Assembly (NCBI GenBank): GCA_028023455.1
Contig: JAQFVV010000003.1
Location: 8,618,001 to 8,682,000, forward strand
DNA from: Epiperipatus broadwayi
Lineage: Eukaryota; Animalia; Onychophora
Direction: 5' to 3'
Length of the DNA: 64,000 nucleotides
Positions 1 to 11,609 of the stretch are shown one piece after another. Made by a program: the position numbers and the translations under genes. Within the stretch, counting starts at the first letter, position 1. Each line of letters begins with the position of its first letter. The notes under the pieces were generated by a model that worked only from the letters and a program-made list of their open reading frames with translations, did no database searches and had not been told where the DNA came from.

Positions 1-95
1 CTAACAGGTGGAATAAATGTAATTAATAAATCATGTGATGTATAAAAATTTATATCTTGAAAATGTTTCAATAAGAGATGAAAGCCAAGTTGATA
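1..95 (+). mobile_element. 3' tail of a Penelope-like element cut by the window edge, with a degenerate U3-A8 hammerhead (53-95)
   Basis: Reads NRWNKCN* (3-26), like the KRWAI* and YRWNV* ends of other PLE ORFs here. Followed by tatc-TTGAAAA-t-gtttc/aataa/gagat-GAAA-gccaag-tt-gata (stem I tatc/gata; stem III damaged). Confidence 0.5.
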
Positions 96-531
96 ATTAA
101 ATAATTATAAATATAATTCATTGTTTGTTTCAGTTTTATTTAAATTGATTATTATATTAAGTATATATCAATAACAAAATTGTGGACAAATAATTGTTTT
201 TATATTGGATATTTGACCATTGTATATATTTTTTATTTATTTATTTCCTTTAGTTAGTTGATATATTTCTTCTTGTTTATACATACAGAGAAATCATGAA
301 TTGAATTTTGTTTCAAGCACAAATGTAGTATATAATAACTCATATTTTGTTGATAAAGATTGATTAGACTAGAATACATGTTGAAAACTGAACTGCAAAT
401 GTGCAGGACTTTTTAACATATAGATCTATAATTTCAGATTTTTTTCTTCACTACTAATAATTATGTAAGATTTAATATGCTTGACGTATATAGTGAAATT
501 AAATTCTTAAAAAATTACACTAATATTTCTT

Positions 532-576
532 AAGGCTAAGTGCTTTCAGAGCATTCAACTCCATATTCATAGCCTC
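532..576 (-). ncRNA. Minimal type I hammerhead ribozyme with A3-U8 core (complete copy)
   Basis: Minus strand: gaggct-ATGAATA-t-ggagt/tgaat/gctct-GAAA-gcac-TT-agcctt. Stem I is 6 bp, stem II is 5 bp with wobbles, and cleavage is predicted after UU. Confidence 0.7.
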
Positions 577-1752
577 CAAACCTAATAATTTATGCAAATC
601 TCTGCAAGCTCATTTATATTGTCCATCTCTTTGATATAGAAAAGCATGTATCCTTCCTGTTTATTGCCTTCAAGTCTCTTGCTACACACCATGCCTCTTT
701 CATCTTCCTTTTGATGTCATTTCTTTCAGTAGAAATCATTTTAGCACATGCAGGTTCAAATTCATGATTAGCCTCTTTTTGGTGGTCCACAAATACTGAG
801 CTGCCTTCATTTCTGCTTAATACTCTTTTGTATAAGTATTTGTGTTGAGCTACTCTATTGTTTATAGTGGCCCGGATCTCACCATAGTATACTGCTCCAC
901 AGTTAGCCTGAAGGCATGTGATTTTGTACATCACATGTAAAAACCTACTGTGAATTTATTCTGTAATTTTTTTGACTAGTTCTTTTGCAATATTAGGTAT
1001 GCATGGCAGACATATATGTTGTTTTTTGTCCTTTCTTGGTTTAGTTATGTTTTCATAAAATGTTTTGATTCTTTTATTGATAGTTACTAAATCATAACCA
1101 ACCTTCATTAGATCACTAATATACTGATTAATATTTATTCTTCCTTCCTCTTCATATTTGCATAAGTGGTAATTCCTGAACAAAAAGGCAGAAAGCCTTG
1201 CCAATTTGTCGGCTTTGGGAGTTTTGGAGTTAGTATGGATGTATCCTCTAATGTTTAGTGGTTTTACTTTCATATTGTAATTAAAACATCTGTGCATTTT
1301 CTTTATTATTAAGTCCAAGTAATTAATTGTATTCGACTCATTCTCTTCAGTGCAGTTTAATATCAAGTTGGTATGTGCCTGCATTTCATCCAGAATGGCT
1401 GTTATTATTAGTTTAGGTGCTGCGATGAATATATCATCTACATACCTGCAATAAATTATTCCATGTATTTGTTCTTGGAACTTCGATATAATCTGTTTTT
1501 CAAAATAACCGATAACAATACTAGATACAATGCCACTCATGGGCAGTCCCATGGGCCATCCGTTATTCATTCTATACCATTTATATTCAAACATCGCAAG
1601 TATATTCTCGTCTAACCATTCCATAAAGTCAATGATAAATTCTATCTTTTGTTCAGGATAGTGATTATTTTGAAGCTCTTCTTTAATTATCCTAATTGAA
1701 CCTTTTCTGTTTATCGATCCATAGAGTTCAGATATATCTGTGGCAGCTGCTA
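532..1752 (-). mobile_element. Penelope/Poseidon-type element, 5'-truncated; left arm of palindrome 1
   Basis: ORFs 956-1813 (RT, RYVDD) and 614-934 (GIY-YIG). Reverse complement of 1757-3002 with ~31 substitutions, a +1 A in a homopolymer (~967-973) and a 31-bp deletion (~939). Confidence 0.93.
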
Positions 1753-1758
1753 TCTGTA

Positions 1759-2925
1759 GCAGCTGCCACAGATATATCTGAACTCTATGGATCGATAAAC
1801 AGAAAAGGTTCAATTAGGATAATTAAAGAAGAGCTTCAAAATAATCACTATCCTGAACAAAAGATAGAATTTATCATTGACTTTATGGAATGGTTAGACG
1901 AGAATATACTTGCGATGTTTGAATATAAATGGTATAGAATGAATAACGGATGGCCCATGGGACTGCCCATGAGTGGCATTGTATCTAGTATTGTTATCGG
2001 TTATTTTGAAAAACAGATTATATCAAAGTTCCAAGAACAAATACATGGAATAATTTATTGCAGGTATGTAGATGATATATTCATCGCAGCACCTAAACTA
2101 ATAATAACAGCCATTCTGGATGAAATGCAGGCACATACCAACTTGATATTTAACTGCACTGAAGAGAATGAGTCGAATACAATTAATTACTTGGACTTAA
2201 CAATAAAGAAAATGCACAGATGTTTTAATTACAATATGAAAGTAAAACCACTAAACATTAGAGGATACATCCATACTAACTCCAAAACTCCCAAAGCCCA
2301 CAAATGGGCAGGGCTTTCTGCCTTTTTGTTCAGGAATTACCATTTATGCAAATATGAAGAGGAAAGAAGAATAAATATTAATCAGTATATTAGTGATCTA
2401 ATGAAGGTTGGTTATGATTTAGTAACCATCAATAAAAGAATCAAAACATTTTATGAAAACATAACTAAACCAAGAAAGGTTAAAAAACAACATATATGTC
2501 TGCCATACATTCCTAATATTGCAAAAGAACTAGTCAAAAAATTACAGAATGAATTCACAGTAGGTTTTTCTAAGGATAAGATTGACATACAATCAACACC
2601 ACATGTGGTATACAAGATCACATGCCCTCAAGCTAACTGTGGAGCAGTATACTATGGTGAGACCCAGGCCACTATAAACAATAGAGTAGCTCAACATAAA
2701 TACTTATACAAAAGAGTATTAAGCAGAAATGAAGGCAGCTCAGTATTTGTGGACCACCAAAAAGAGGCTAATCATGGATTTGAACCTGCATGTGCTAAAA
2801 TGATTTCCACTGAAAGAAATGACATCAAAAGGAAGGTGAAAGAGGCATGGTGTGTAGCAAGAGACTTGAAAGCAATAAGCAGGAAGGATACATGCTTTTC
2901 TATATCAAAGAGATGGGCAATATAA
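1759..2925 (+). CDS. PLE reverse transcriptase-GIY-YIG endonuclease, N-terminally truncated, frame intact
   Basis: Motifs DISELYGSI, GWPMGLPMS, RYVDDIF, INYLDL and VVYKITCPQANCGAVYYGET...RVAQH...KRKVKEAW. The first ~20 aa of the listed ORF are antisense of the other arm. Confidence 0.9.
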   Translation, partial: AAATDISELYGSINRKGSIRIIKEELQNNHYPEQKIEFIIDFMEWLDENILAMFEYKWYRMNNGWPMGLPMSGIVSSIVIGYFEKQIISKFQEQIHGIIYCRYVDDIFIAAPKLIITAILDEMQAHTNLIFNCTEENESNTINYLDLTIKKMHRCFNYNMKVKPLNIRGYIHTNSKTPKAHKWAGLSAFLFRNYHLCKYEEERRININQYISDLMKVGYDLVTINKRIKTFYENITKPRKVKKQHICLPYIPNIAKELVKKLQNEFTVGFSKDKIDIQSTPHVVYKITCPQANCGAVYYGETQATINNRVAQHKYLYKRVLSRNEGSSVFVDHQKEANHGFEPACAKMISTERNDIKRKVKEAWCVARDLKAISRKDTCFSISKRWAI

Positions 2926-2962
2926 ATGAGCTTGCATAGATTTGCATAAATTATTAGGTTTG

Positions 2963-3002
2963 GAGGCTATGAATATGGAGTTGAATGTTCTGAAAGCGCT
3001 TA
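2963..3002 (+). ncRNA. Minimal type I hammerhead with A3-U8 core, truncated at the predicted cleavage site
   Basis: gaggct-ATGAATA(2969-2975)-t-ggagt/tgaat/gttct-GAAA(2992-2995)-gcgc-TT. Palindromic AAGCGCTT in stem III. The 3' strand of stem I is absent after 3002. Confidence 0.65.
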
Positions 3003-4109
3003 TATCTATGTAACACAGATGCTTTTTTATATATTGTCTTTTCACAAAAATGAGACTGGGTATTATATGTATTTTTGCTTTAAAAGATACCTTAGCACTT
3101 ATTTTCAAGAGATGTCTTATTTTTTCATGTACAAAAATCTACATTTATTTATGCACATACTAAAATATACATTTATTCAAAATCTCAAATCAACCTTCCA
3201 AACATGTTTTTTCAGAACACATCCTCTGTGAGTATTTGAATTTTCAGTTAGTGATATTTTTTAAGAACAAAAATTGTCTGGGATCAAAATATTACTCTTT
3301 TAATTTATTATTAAATCAAGTAACCAAAGACTTCTGAGATAGGAATGGTAACAAAAATGATTACAGTTAAAAATAATTATCCTTAGAAAAGCAAAGAAAA
3401 AATGCAAGCACAAAAATTCAGAAAACATTTCTGTATTTCACATTGCATTAAGTACAATTGTTGAATACAGGCTTATTGAATTACAAAGATTCATATAAGA
3501 CACAACTACATCCATCCCTTATCAAGGACATATATTGAAAACACTTTTCAAATTACTCATATTAGCCCACATGGGTATTCTTTTTTAAATTTTTTTTTTA
3601 GGAGAAAGATTGATTTAACTTGAATTAAACTTTAATTATTAAAATGACTTCTGTTATGTAAACTCTCTTAGGGGAGGTGGTAAAACATTGAAGAAACAAA
3701 ACTGATTTTCTTTTATTTTGAATATTTTAAAACTACCATGATCAAACTGTAAAACTCATTCAAGCATTTTAAATCTAAGTATTAAATATAAATAAAAGAA
3801 GTCTAAAATTATATAAATGAAATTATAAACTGTCCAATATATTGGCTAGTGGTAAGTAAAATTTTAAAAGTTTGTTAAATCATTCATAAATTGGTTATCT
3901 TAAATTCAAGATTTGAATGTGAGGAAATTGTTTCTCTACGCACATAGAATTATGTTTGTTGAAAATATTCAACAGGAAAATAGATATTTACTATCATAAT
4001 TTTTTTATCATTTATTTAAAGTATTAATCAATATTAATACTTATATATTCATTACATTATAATTTAATATATACATTGTTTGCTTCAATAAATGACATCT
4101 GTTCAACTG

Positions 4110-4222
4110 ACTGACAATCTTAAATAGGGCTTATATTTGGGGTAGGGCTTATCTTACAAGCACCCTGAAAAATCATGCTAGGGCTTATTTTTTGGTTAAG
4201 TCTTATTTTGGGATAAACATGT
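4110..4222 (+). mobile_element. Tc1/mariner-superfamily (pogo/Tigger-like) terminal fragment
   Basis: Repeated TAGGGCTTATTTT motifs ending TCTTATTTTGGG; related to the fragments at 10,873 and 12,615. Confidence 0.55.
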
Positions 4223-7200
4223 TATATAATTTTCATATATAAATTAAGATTATAATATAAACAAAATTTTAAAAATAGTAATAATATGGTTGTTAATAAT
4301 AAATTAAGAGGGTACATTTGCATATATTTTGCTGAATTCACTCACACATTTATTGAATTAATAAAAATAAGAGATAAAAACATCATTTTTTATATTTTTA
4401 AAATAAAGTAAATAATGAAATGTCTGACTTTGATCATTATTAAATACACTGTGGGTGATATTTTTTTTTTCAATATTTTTTTTTCTCTTATAGAAACATA
4501 ATAGTAGTCTTGTTATAAAGAAATTAGGATCTCTAATTATTTTGAGTTTTTAGTCAATAACTACTTTTAGTATGTTCTGAAAAATTTTAAAACTTTTAGC
4601 ATCATGCTAAGAAAATATTTTATTGCACAAAATACTGCACATCAAATTTGGAAATAATTAAAAAAAAAATCAAATGTATATGTTTTCAACATAAACTGAA
4701 GAAATTTTATTCATATATATATAATCATGTACAGCTTTCCAAGATGGAAAAAATGGCTGTTATAATGTAAAATTTGTTTACAATTTTTTTTTTAAAAAAA
4801 AACATAACCTCATATGGCATTCTAAGAAGGAAAAATGGCTGCTTGAATAACATAAAATCCACAAATTTGTATGTTTTGTTTCATTATTTATCTTTTTGTT
4901 TGTTTGATTATATTTTTCTTTAGATAGCATATAATTGAAGTCATGAAATTAAATACAGTGTAGTTCATGGTTCCACTATATATGTATATTCATATGTAAA
5001 TTATTCTAAAAATAAAAGAAAACCATGAGTTCAGTGGCCAATAGGAATATGTCAGTTCCCCATCAGTTGCAAAAGCTAAATCATATTATAAATGTACATT
5101 GACACTTGTCTTACTAACCTGAAACTATTATCCTCTGGATAAAAATAACTAAGTGTCCCCTCAATGAAAATTACCTTCATTCATAATTTAAATCCAGGTC
5201 AAATAAAAATTTTTTTTTCCATTAGTTTTATAATTTTTTTTCAAGTAGTCATTTTTCTAACTAATGGGTATGTTAGATATTGTTAAACAGAGAGTAAAAA
5301 AAGTATTAAAAAACTGCTCAAACCTTCACTGCTTGTAAGTTGGACAATCTGGTCAGGGCTGACTTCCCTTTTATTGTTTCTCTATAAGAGATGGTTGGAA
5401 GAGCTTTTATTTTATATTTAGGACAGTTAATTAAAGAAATGCTTTATCTTTTTGCTTTGCTAAAAAATACTATGTCCTGGTAATCATTTAATAGGTGCTG
5501 TGAAGACTTTTGTGAATACTTGGTGAAGTCATTGCATCACTAACGAAAATACCAATTGATAACTGAACAAACGAAAATAAAGATAAAATAATGTCTATTT
5601 TGGGTACACTTTTGGCATAAAATTGAATTAAAATAATGAGTGTTAGGTATATTTTTATCAAAATATTACTACAATTACTAGATAGTAAATTTTCGATATT
5701 TTAATAAATGAATAATATTGTAATATACCCCTCCCCTCTTAAAAATATTACTATCAAAATTGCTCAGTTTTAATGAAGAAGTAATAGATTCCCATTTCCC
5801 CTTAAACAACATTTCAATTTAAAAGTACAGTAATAGTACCTTCCTTCTATGCACCGATCTTTTTAATATAAAAATTGCATGCGCTTTTAAGGAATGAGTA
5901 GTAAATTTTTTTCACCCCCTTAAAAATATTTGTATTACGATGTTGTTTTAATGTTCATAATAAAGACATAAATAGTAAGTTTTATTTTATTTTTAGAAAA
6001 AAAATCTCCAAATATTTTTTGTTGGGTTTGAGTCTCTGATATGTTTTTTGTTGGATTTGAAATGATGAATGTCAGGTCAAGCTAGATTCTATTAGCTTAT
6101 AGAATTTTGTCTTTTTTAGAAATTTATTGCTGTTATTTTTTTGATCTGGTAGATTTTCTTAGTTTGTACAAGTTTTTTTTTTTTTTAGGTTTAGTTCTGC
6201 TTTCGATAAAGTGTCTACTTCACGTTTACACAAGTGATGAGTGATGAAAATTGATATATGGAGATAATTTGGGAGATTAAGCGGGAGCGGGGCAGAGAAA
6301 ATAAAACCAACGTGATCAATTTCTTTCTATACTAAAATAAAGTAAAATCTGTGTGTTTCAATCAAACAATATTATTTTGGAGAGATGGCAAAAAGCAACT
6401 GAAAATTAAAGTATCAAACAGGTTTTTTTTTATATTATAAATAAACCTATAGAAAAACAGATAATGGGAGTTAGGTGTAATTTTTTTGCAAACAAATGAA
6501 GTCAAAACAATCACTTTGAGTGCATATTCTCAAAATAAACTATAGATGGTTTTAAAAAAACTTTTAAGACAATTTTAATGAACAAATATCAGCAACTACT
6601 TTACAAGATGCTAGTGAGTAGAAGTGGAGAAAAATCATCATTTCCTTTTAACTGTTGTTTAATCAAAATCTGCAAAACAATGTCTTTTTTCAAGAGTAGG
6701 CATCAAATTTATTAATTAGTATTTTCAACAATATTCAGAGAGTCTGTTCATTGTCTTCCCCAAGTATCTAAAAAAGTTCCAGAGTGTTTATTAATTAAAT
6801 GATTATCTTATACTGTACCTCTATGACCTAAAAAAAATTACAAGGTTCATTCAGCCAGACTTAATGACATCAAGTTGTACATATAATATATGGCTACACT
6901 AACTGCTTTTTTTATTAACATTTGCAGTGATTTAAAAACATGAACTCAAGAGAATAAATCGGAGCAGGATAATTTATGAGCAATTTGTCAAAAGACTATT
7001 TTTCCTCTTGTTTGTAGCATTTATAAAAATCTTCATTTTCAAAATTCAAAGGCATTAAAGACAAACTTAAATCAGATCATCAGTTAATATTATATTTGCA
7101 TTGGTAAATGCTTAGTTGATAAAGTGATATCTGGTTTCTAAAGTGAAGCAACTTTTTGTAATAAGCCAACAGCTTGAGAACTAGATGAAATAATTTATAA

Positions 7201-8149
7201 ATAAATAAGCAGATAAACTAAAAATAACTTTAGATGCATTTGCTAAAATTGCTTTTGTATTTTTACAAAATTAAACTGTTCAATTTTTTTTTAAAAGTAC
7301 TTTTTAGTTATTTTAATGAATGTTTAAAAAGAAGAAAACTATCAATACATCATATGTTGTATTATTAAGGGAGAACTCCAAACCAGTTTTTGACTTTTGC
7401 TTTTATAAATGAGGACCTGGGATTCATGTGTGATTGGTAAAGCAAGGTGAGTATCATGTAAAATAGAAAAGTATAGGAAAAATATGTGGTATTTAGTCCT
7501 ACAATAAAATAGGCAGTATATAATTAATATTTAAAAATATGGTAATCTGCTACATTTATTGCATTTGATTTCAAATCTCACTTTGTCAATATCTGAACTC
7601 ATGAGTAATAGCAATATTAATAACTATACCACCTAATTTTTACTTTATCCTCTGCTGTTTATTTTCAATAACTTTTTATCTTTCTTACATGCCTGTTTTT
7701 TTTTTAAGTTTCAACAATATATCTCCACATTTCCTCACTATTTTTATTTACTCTATAAATATCTGTTATTTTCTTCACTGTGCTGATTTATTCCTCATAA
7801 GTTTTAGAATTATTATTTTACATATTAAAATTATTGTTTTAATGTATTGACAAATCATCTCAATTTAGATTCCTCTCATCCAGTTATAACTGTATTTTTA
7901 TAATCTTCCGCATCTAATACTTTTATCTTCATTTAAATCTATCAACATAAAATTAAGTTCCCTTCTACAACCTATTTCTTTTTTAATAAAAACCTCAATT
8001 TTCTTTTTATATTTTTTGCTTATGCATCAATATATAATCAATAGACTTCTTTAGATTCTCCTCAACCTTGAAAATATTCAATTTAAATTTCATTCATTCA
8101 TTTCTATATACAGTGTATTGAAAATGTTTCAATCAATCAAAAACACACA

Positions 8150-9670
8150 TATAAAGGATGAGTATCAAGCTATATGAACCAGTACCTTACAAAATACCAA
8201 TAAATGTCATCAAAAATCTGCTAGAAAAAAGCAGATATAATGAACAAAAAAGCCAGTTCATCATCAAGGTATTAGATAGAATGAATCGGCAATTACGTTA
8301 GACTCAAATTCAATAATGAATATTACAGAATGAAAAACACATAGCCAATGAGGCATCATACCAGCAGAATAATATGCAGCCTAACACTAACAAAAAACAG
8401 AAAATAAATAGTCACAGCCTCCTTAGAGAAAGATCAATATATAATATGCAAAAGATACTTTGATGATGTACTTATTTGTGCACTTAAACAGACTATTATA
8501 GAAATGTACAACCAATTGACCATGGAATCATCACTGAAATGGATTCAAAAATGAGAATGCAGCAAGAAGCATCAAATATCTAAACTTGATAATCCAAATG
8601 AATAAAAACAATCTGGATTATAAAATACTAATAAAATTATTGGTAATAAGAGGCTCAATCAACTCACAATCAAAAATCCTAATGTCTCCCAAGCTTGTAT
8701 GATTTAAAGGATTCCTCTATAGAAAGCAGCTTTTCTGCAAATACAAAGTAGATAGAAAAAAAAATTGATAAATATATGAAAGACCTACACAGCCTAAATT
8801 ACAAAAAACTCTAAAGAAAAAAATCAAAAGATTTAACATAAAAATGATTAGAATTTAAGATTGAAAAATGATAATAAACCATGGATCAGTATGCCTTATA
8901 TATCAAAACATTTATAAAATAAAAAAGATCTGCAAGCAACAATACAATGTGAGCTTCTGAATGCTAGCCTGTCTCAATAGACTAAGAAACAAACTAAAGA
9001 TAAATTACGAAAAGATGATATCCTACAAAAAGTTCATGAGGTTCAGTGCAATGACCCAAAATGCACATAAGAAAATTATGGTGAATCCAGGACTAACAAC
9101 ACTACCAGAATGCTGCTGCATAAATATTTATATAAACAAGCAAATGAGATATTTATTTATATAGCACGATGTATATAAATTGTCATAAACTAAAGATCAG
9201 TATTTCAAGCTAATGTACATATGGGTTGAAACAATAGGTGGATTCATTCTATTCTTTCGCAAAGATTTTATCTTGTATTGGAAATGAAAGTATGCATTTA
9301 TTATTAACATTCATAAAAAAGTGCATGTACATTAGCTTGAAATGCTGATCTTTAGTTTATAAACAAGCAATGAAAACCCTGAATATAGGTCTATATTCAG
9401 GGATCATGAATATTCAGGGATCATGAAAAAGAACATGATCATAGCTTCAATCCACAAAGTATTAATTAGTCTGCCAGAATACAATGACCAAAAGAGGACG
9501 TTAAAAGAAGCATGGTCCATAGCAAGCCCATCAACAACAAGAAGAACAATATTCAATTATTATACAGATGGAATGTGTAAATGAGTCATTTGCATAATTA
9601 TATATGAAGCAGGAGCACAAAGAAATAAAAAGCTATGATTATGGCGGTTGACATCAAAAGTGCATTCAAA
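8150..9670 (+). pseudogene. Degenerate PLE (RT + GIY-YIG + 3' HHR remnant), diverged relative of the palindrome-1 family
   Basis: Hand translation: RYFDDVLI (8453), IKYLNLII, PWISMPYI, VHEVQCNDPKC..NYGESRT..RMLLHKYLYKQ, DHEKEHDHSF, RTLKEAW, YRWNV*. Many stops and frameshifts. ATGATTA core at 9635-9641. Confidence 0.85.
9144..9357. mobile_element. ~214-bp foldback insertion within the PLE, flanked by a 13-bp target-site duplication
   Basis: TATAAACAAGCAA at 9131-9143 and 9358-9370. 36-bp inverted arms at 9185-9220 and 9325-9360 (1 mismatch). The PLE reading resumes after the duplication. Confidence 0.7.
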
Positions 9671-9989
9671 TAAATAATATAAATAGAATAACTAACTTTG
9701 TCATCAAACACACATACACAATAAGCAAAAATATTATATATAAGTCATTAAAAAAAAAGAAAACTACCTTTCATTCATGCACTATGAATAGTCAGCATTC
9801 CATGTCGATAATGGTTTTGAAAGTATCAGCTGTCACTTAATTTAGAATCTACCCAAATAAACCAACATTCATTCCACAGTGCTGCAAATGGGGATTTTAA
9901 AATCAGCTTATTACTTATAAAGGTTTGAATTATAAATCCTATGGCAAAGAAAGTCTCTCATTTTTAAAGATCTGTAATAATGAACTGCA

Positions 9990-10092
<103 letters not shown>

Positions 10093-10872
10093 AGTTTAAA
10101 TTAAATAGCCAATCAATTCATATGTAACAAAATCTTATAAGTTTAATATCTTACTAAAATAACAAGTCAATCAGCTATTCCAGAACAATTGCTGCATGGC
10201 TCATTTCTTCATTTAGCTGTAGACTTTTTGATCATATATCCCATTATAATGTACAAAATCTTTTTACATAAATATCAAACAAAACTAAATAGATTTTGAA
10301 GAGCAAGACAATTAAGATGAAGTCCTCTTAACTATTAAACATATAAACATTATAGTGAATTAGATTCAGGTAGATTTGGAAAAAAAACAACTACCATTGT
10401 AAACAATAATCAATATTAATTAATAACCAATTATTTGATAAACCAATGTGTATAATGTAAAAAAGTAATCAGAATTTTTACATTATAACAAAAAATGCAA
10501 TAAATGCAGATGATGACAAATAATCATAATGTCTATATTTGAATGCTTAAGTCAATGCTCATGGAATCGGAAATCATGAATATTCTGATCATAAATACAG
10601 CAATTATATATCATTTTAAATAAAGTCATTGGACTTTAAAGGTAATTCTTAGTTTTTTTAAGCACTATCCTTATAGTTGTAAAAAAATTCCTATAACACA
10701 CATATTAAATTCCATTATTAGTAATAAATGTTAGCTACTTGTGCACTAAACGTTTCTGCTGAACTTATGTATACAACATCAAAAGACACAAGACTTAATC
10801 TAATATTCAAATAAATTCAGTATAATCATTCAAAATAATGATTAATAATTTTATTAATTAGTTAGTAGTACA

Positions 10873-10950
10873 ATGTTTCCCTGAAAATAAGATCTAATCA
10901 GAAAATAAACCCTAGCATGACTTTTGAGAATACTTATAATAAAAACCATA
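10873..10950 (+). mobile_element. pogo/Tigger-like terminal fragment
   Basis: TTTCCCTGAAAATAAGA...AAAATAAACCCTAGCATGA; reverse-complement similarity to 4,110-4,222. Confidence 0.5.
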
Positions 10951-11609
10951 CTGCAAATATTATCCCTAGTTAAGATTATCAGCCAAGTAGATAGCTTTTG
11001 TTTGCCCATAGGAATGCATAGTGGATGTATTGTATTATAAAGTAATGAACGTATTTATAGTAAGAAAAAATATTGACATTAAATCTATAAATTATATGGT
11101 TCCTTTGTATTTTCCTTCGACAGTTTTTGATAAACAAAATTCTACTGTTATAGAGAAATAATTTATCTACCACAAGTCAATATATCAGACAATTTATAAT
11201 TTCATTTATGTATTTTGGTACTTATTTATATTTAATATTTGAATACTTGATTTAGTTTTAAAGTTTCATCATGGTAGCTTTTAAATATTCAAAAAGTTTC
11301 ACCATGGTATCTTTTAAATATTCAAAATAAAAGAAAAATTAGTTTCATTTTTTAAAAATTTTTCCCCTCCTAAAAGACTTAATTAAATAATGGAATTGAT
11401 TTTAATAATCAAAATTTAGTTTAAGTTAAGTTTTTTTAAAAAAGAATATTCAAGCAGGGCTATTAGAAATAATTTGTAAAGTGTTTACAATATGCATATT
11501 TGTAATGAATAAACATCCTTAATATGCATGAGTAAAATACAGGTGTAGTGTTTTGTAAAATGGCAGACATGTTTGTGCACTCCAGAAAAAACTAGAATTT
11601 ATTCACAAG

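Larger units (their letters stand above)
1757..3002 (+). mobile_element. Penelope/Poseidon-type element, 5'-truncated; right arm of palindrome 1
   Basis: RT core and thumb followed by C-terminal GIY-YIG, a short 3' UTR and a terminal HHR. Homology with the left arm stops at 3002. Confidence 0.95.

Noticed and set aside
1696-1813. Shared N-terminus MNLFCLSIHRVQIYLWQLL on both strands
   Set aside because: Antisense read-through of the opposite palindrome arm, not a real start.
532-3002. Palindrome 1 as a fold-back read artefact
   Set aside because: The arms differ by ~31 substitutions (many transitions), a 31-bp deletion and different outer ends; an artefact would be near-identical. Read validation is still advisable.
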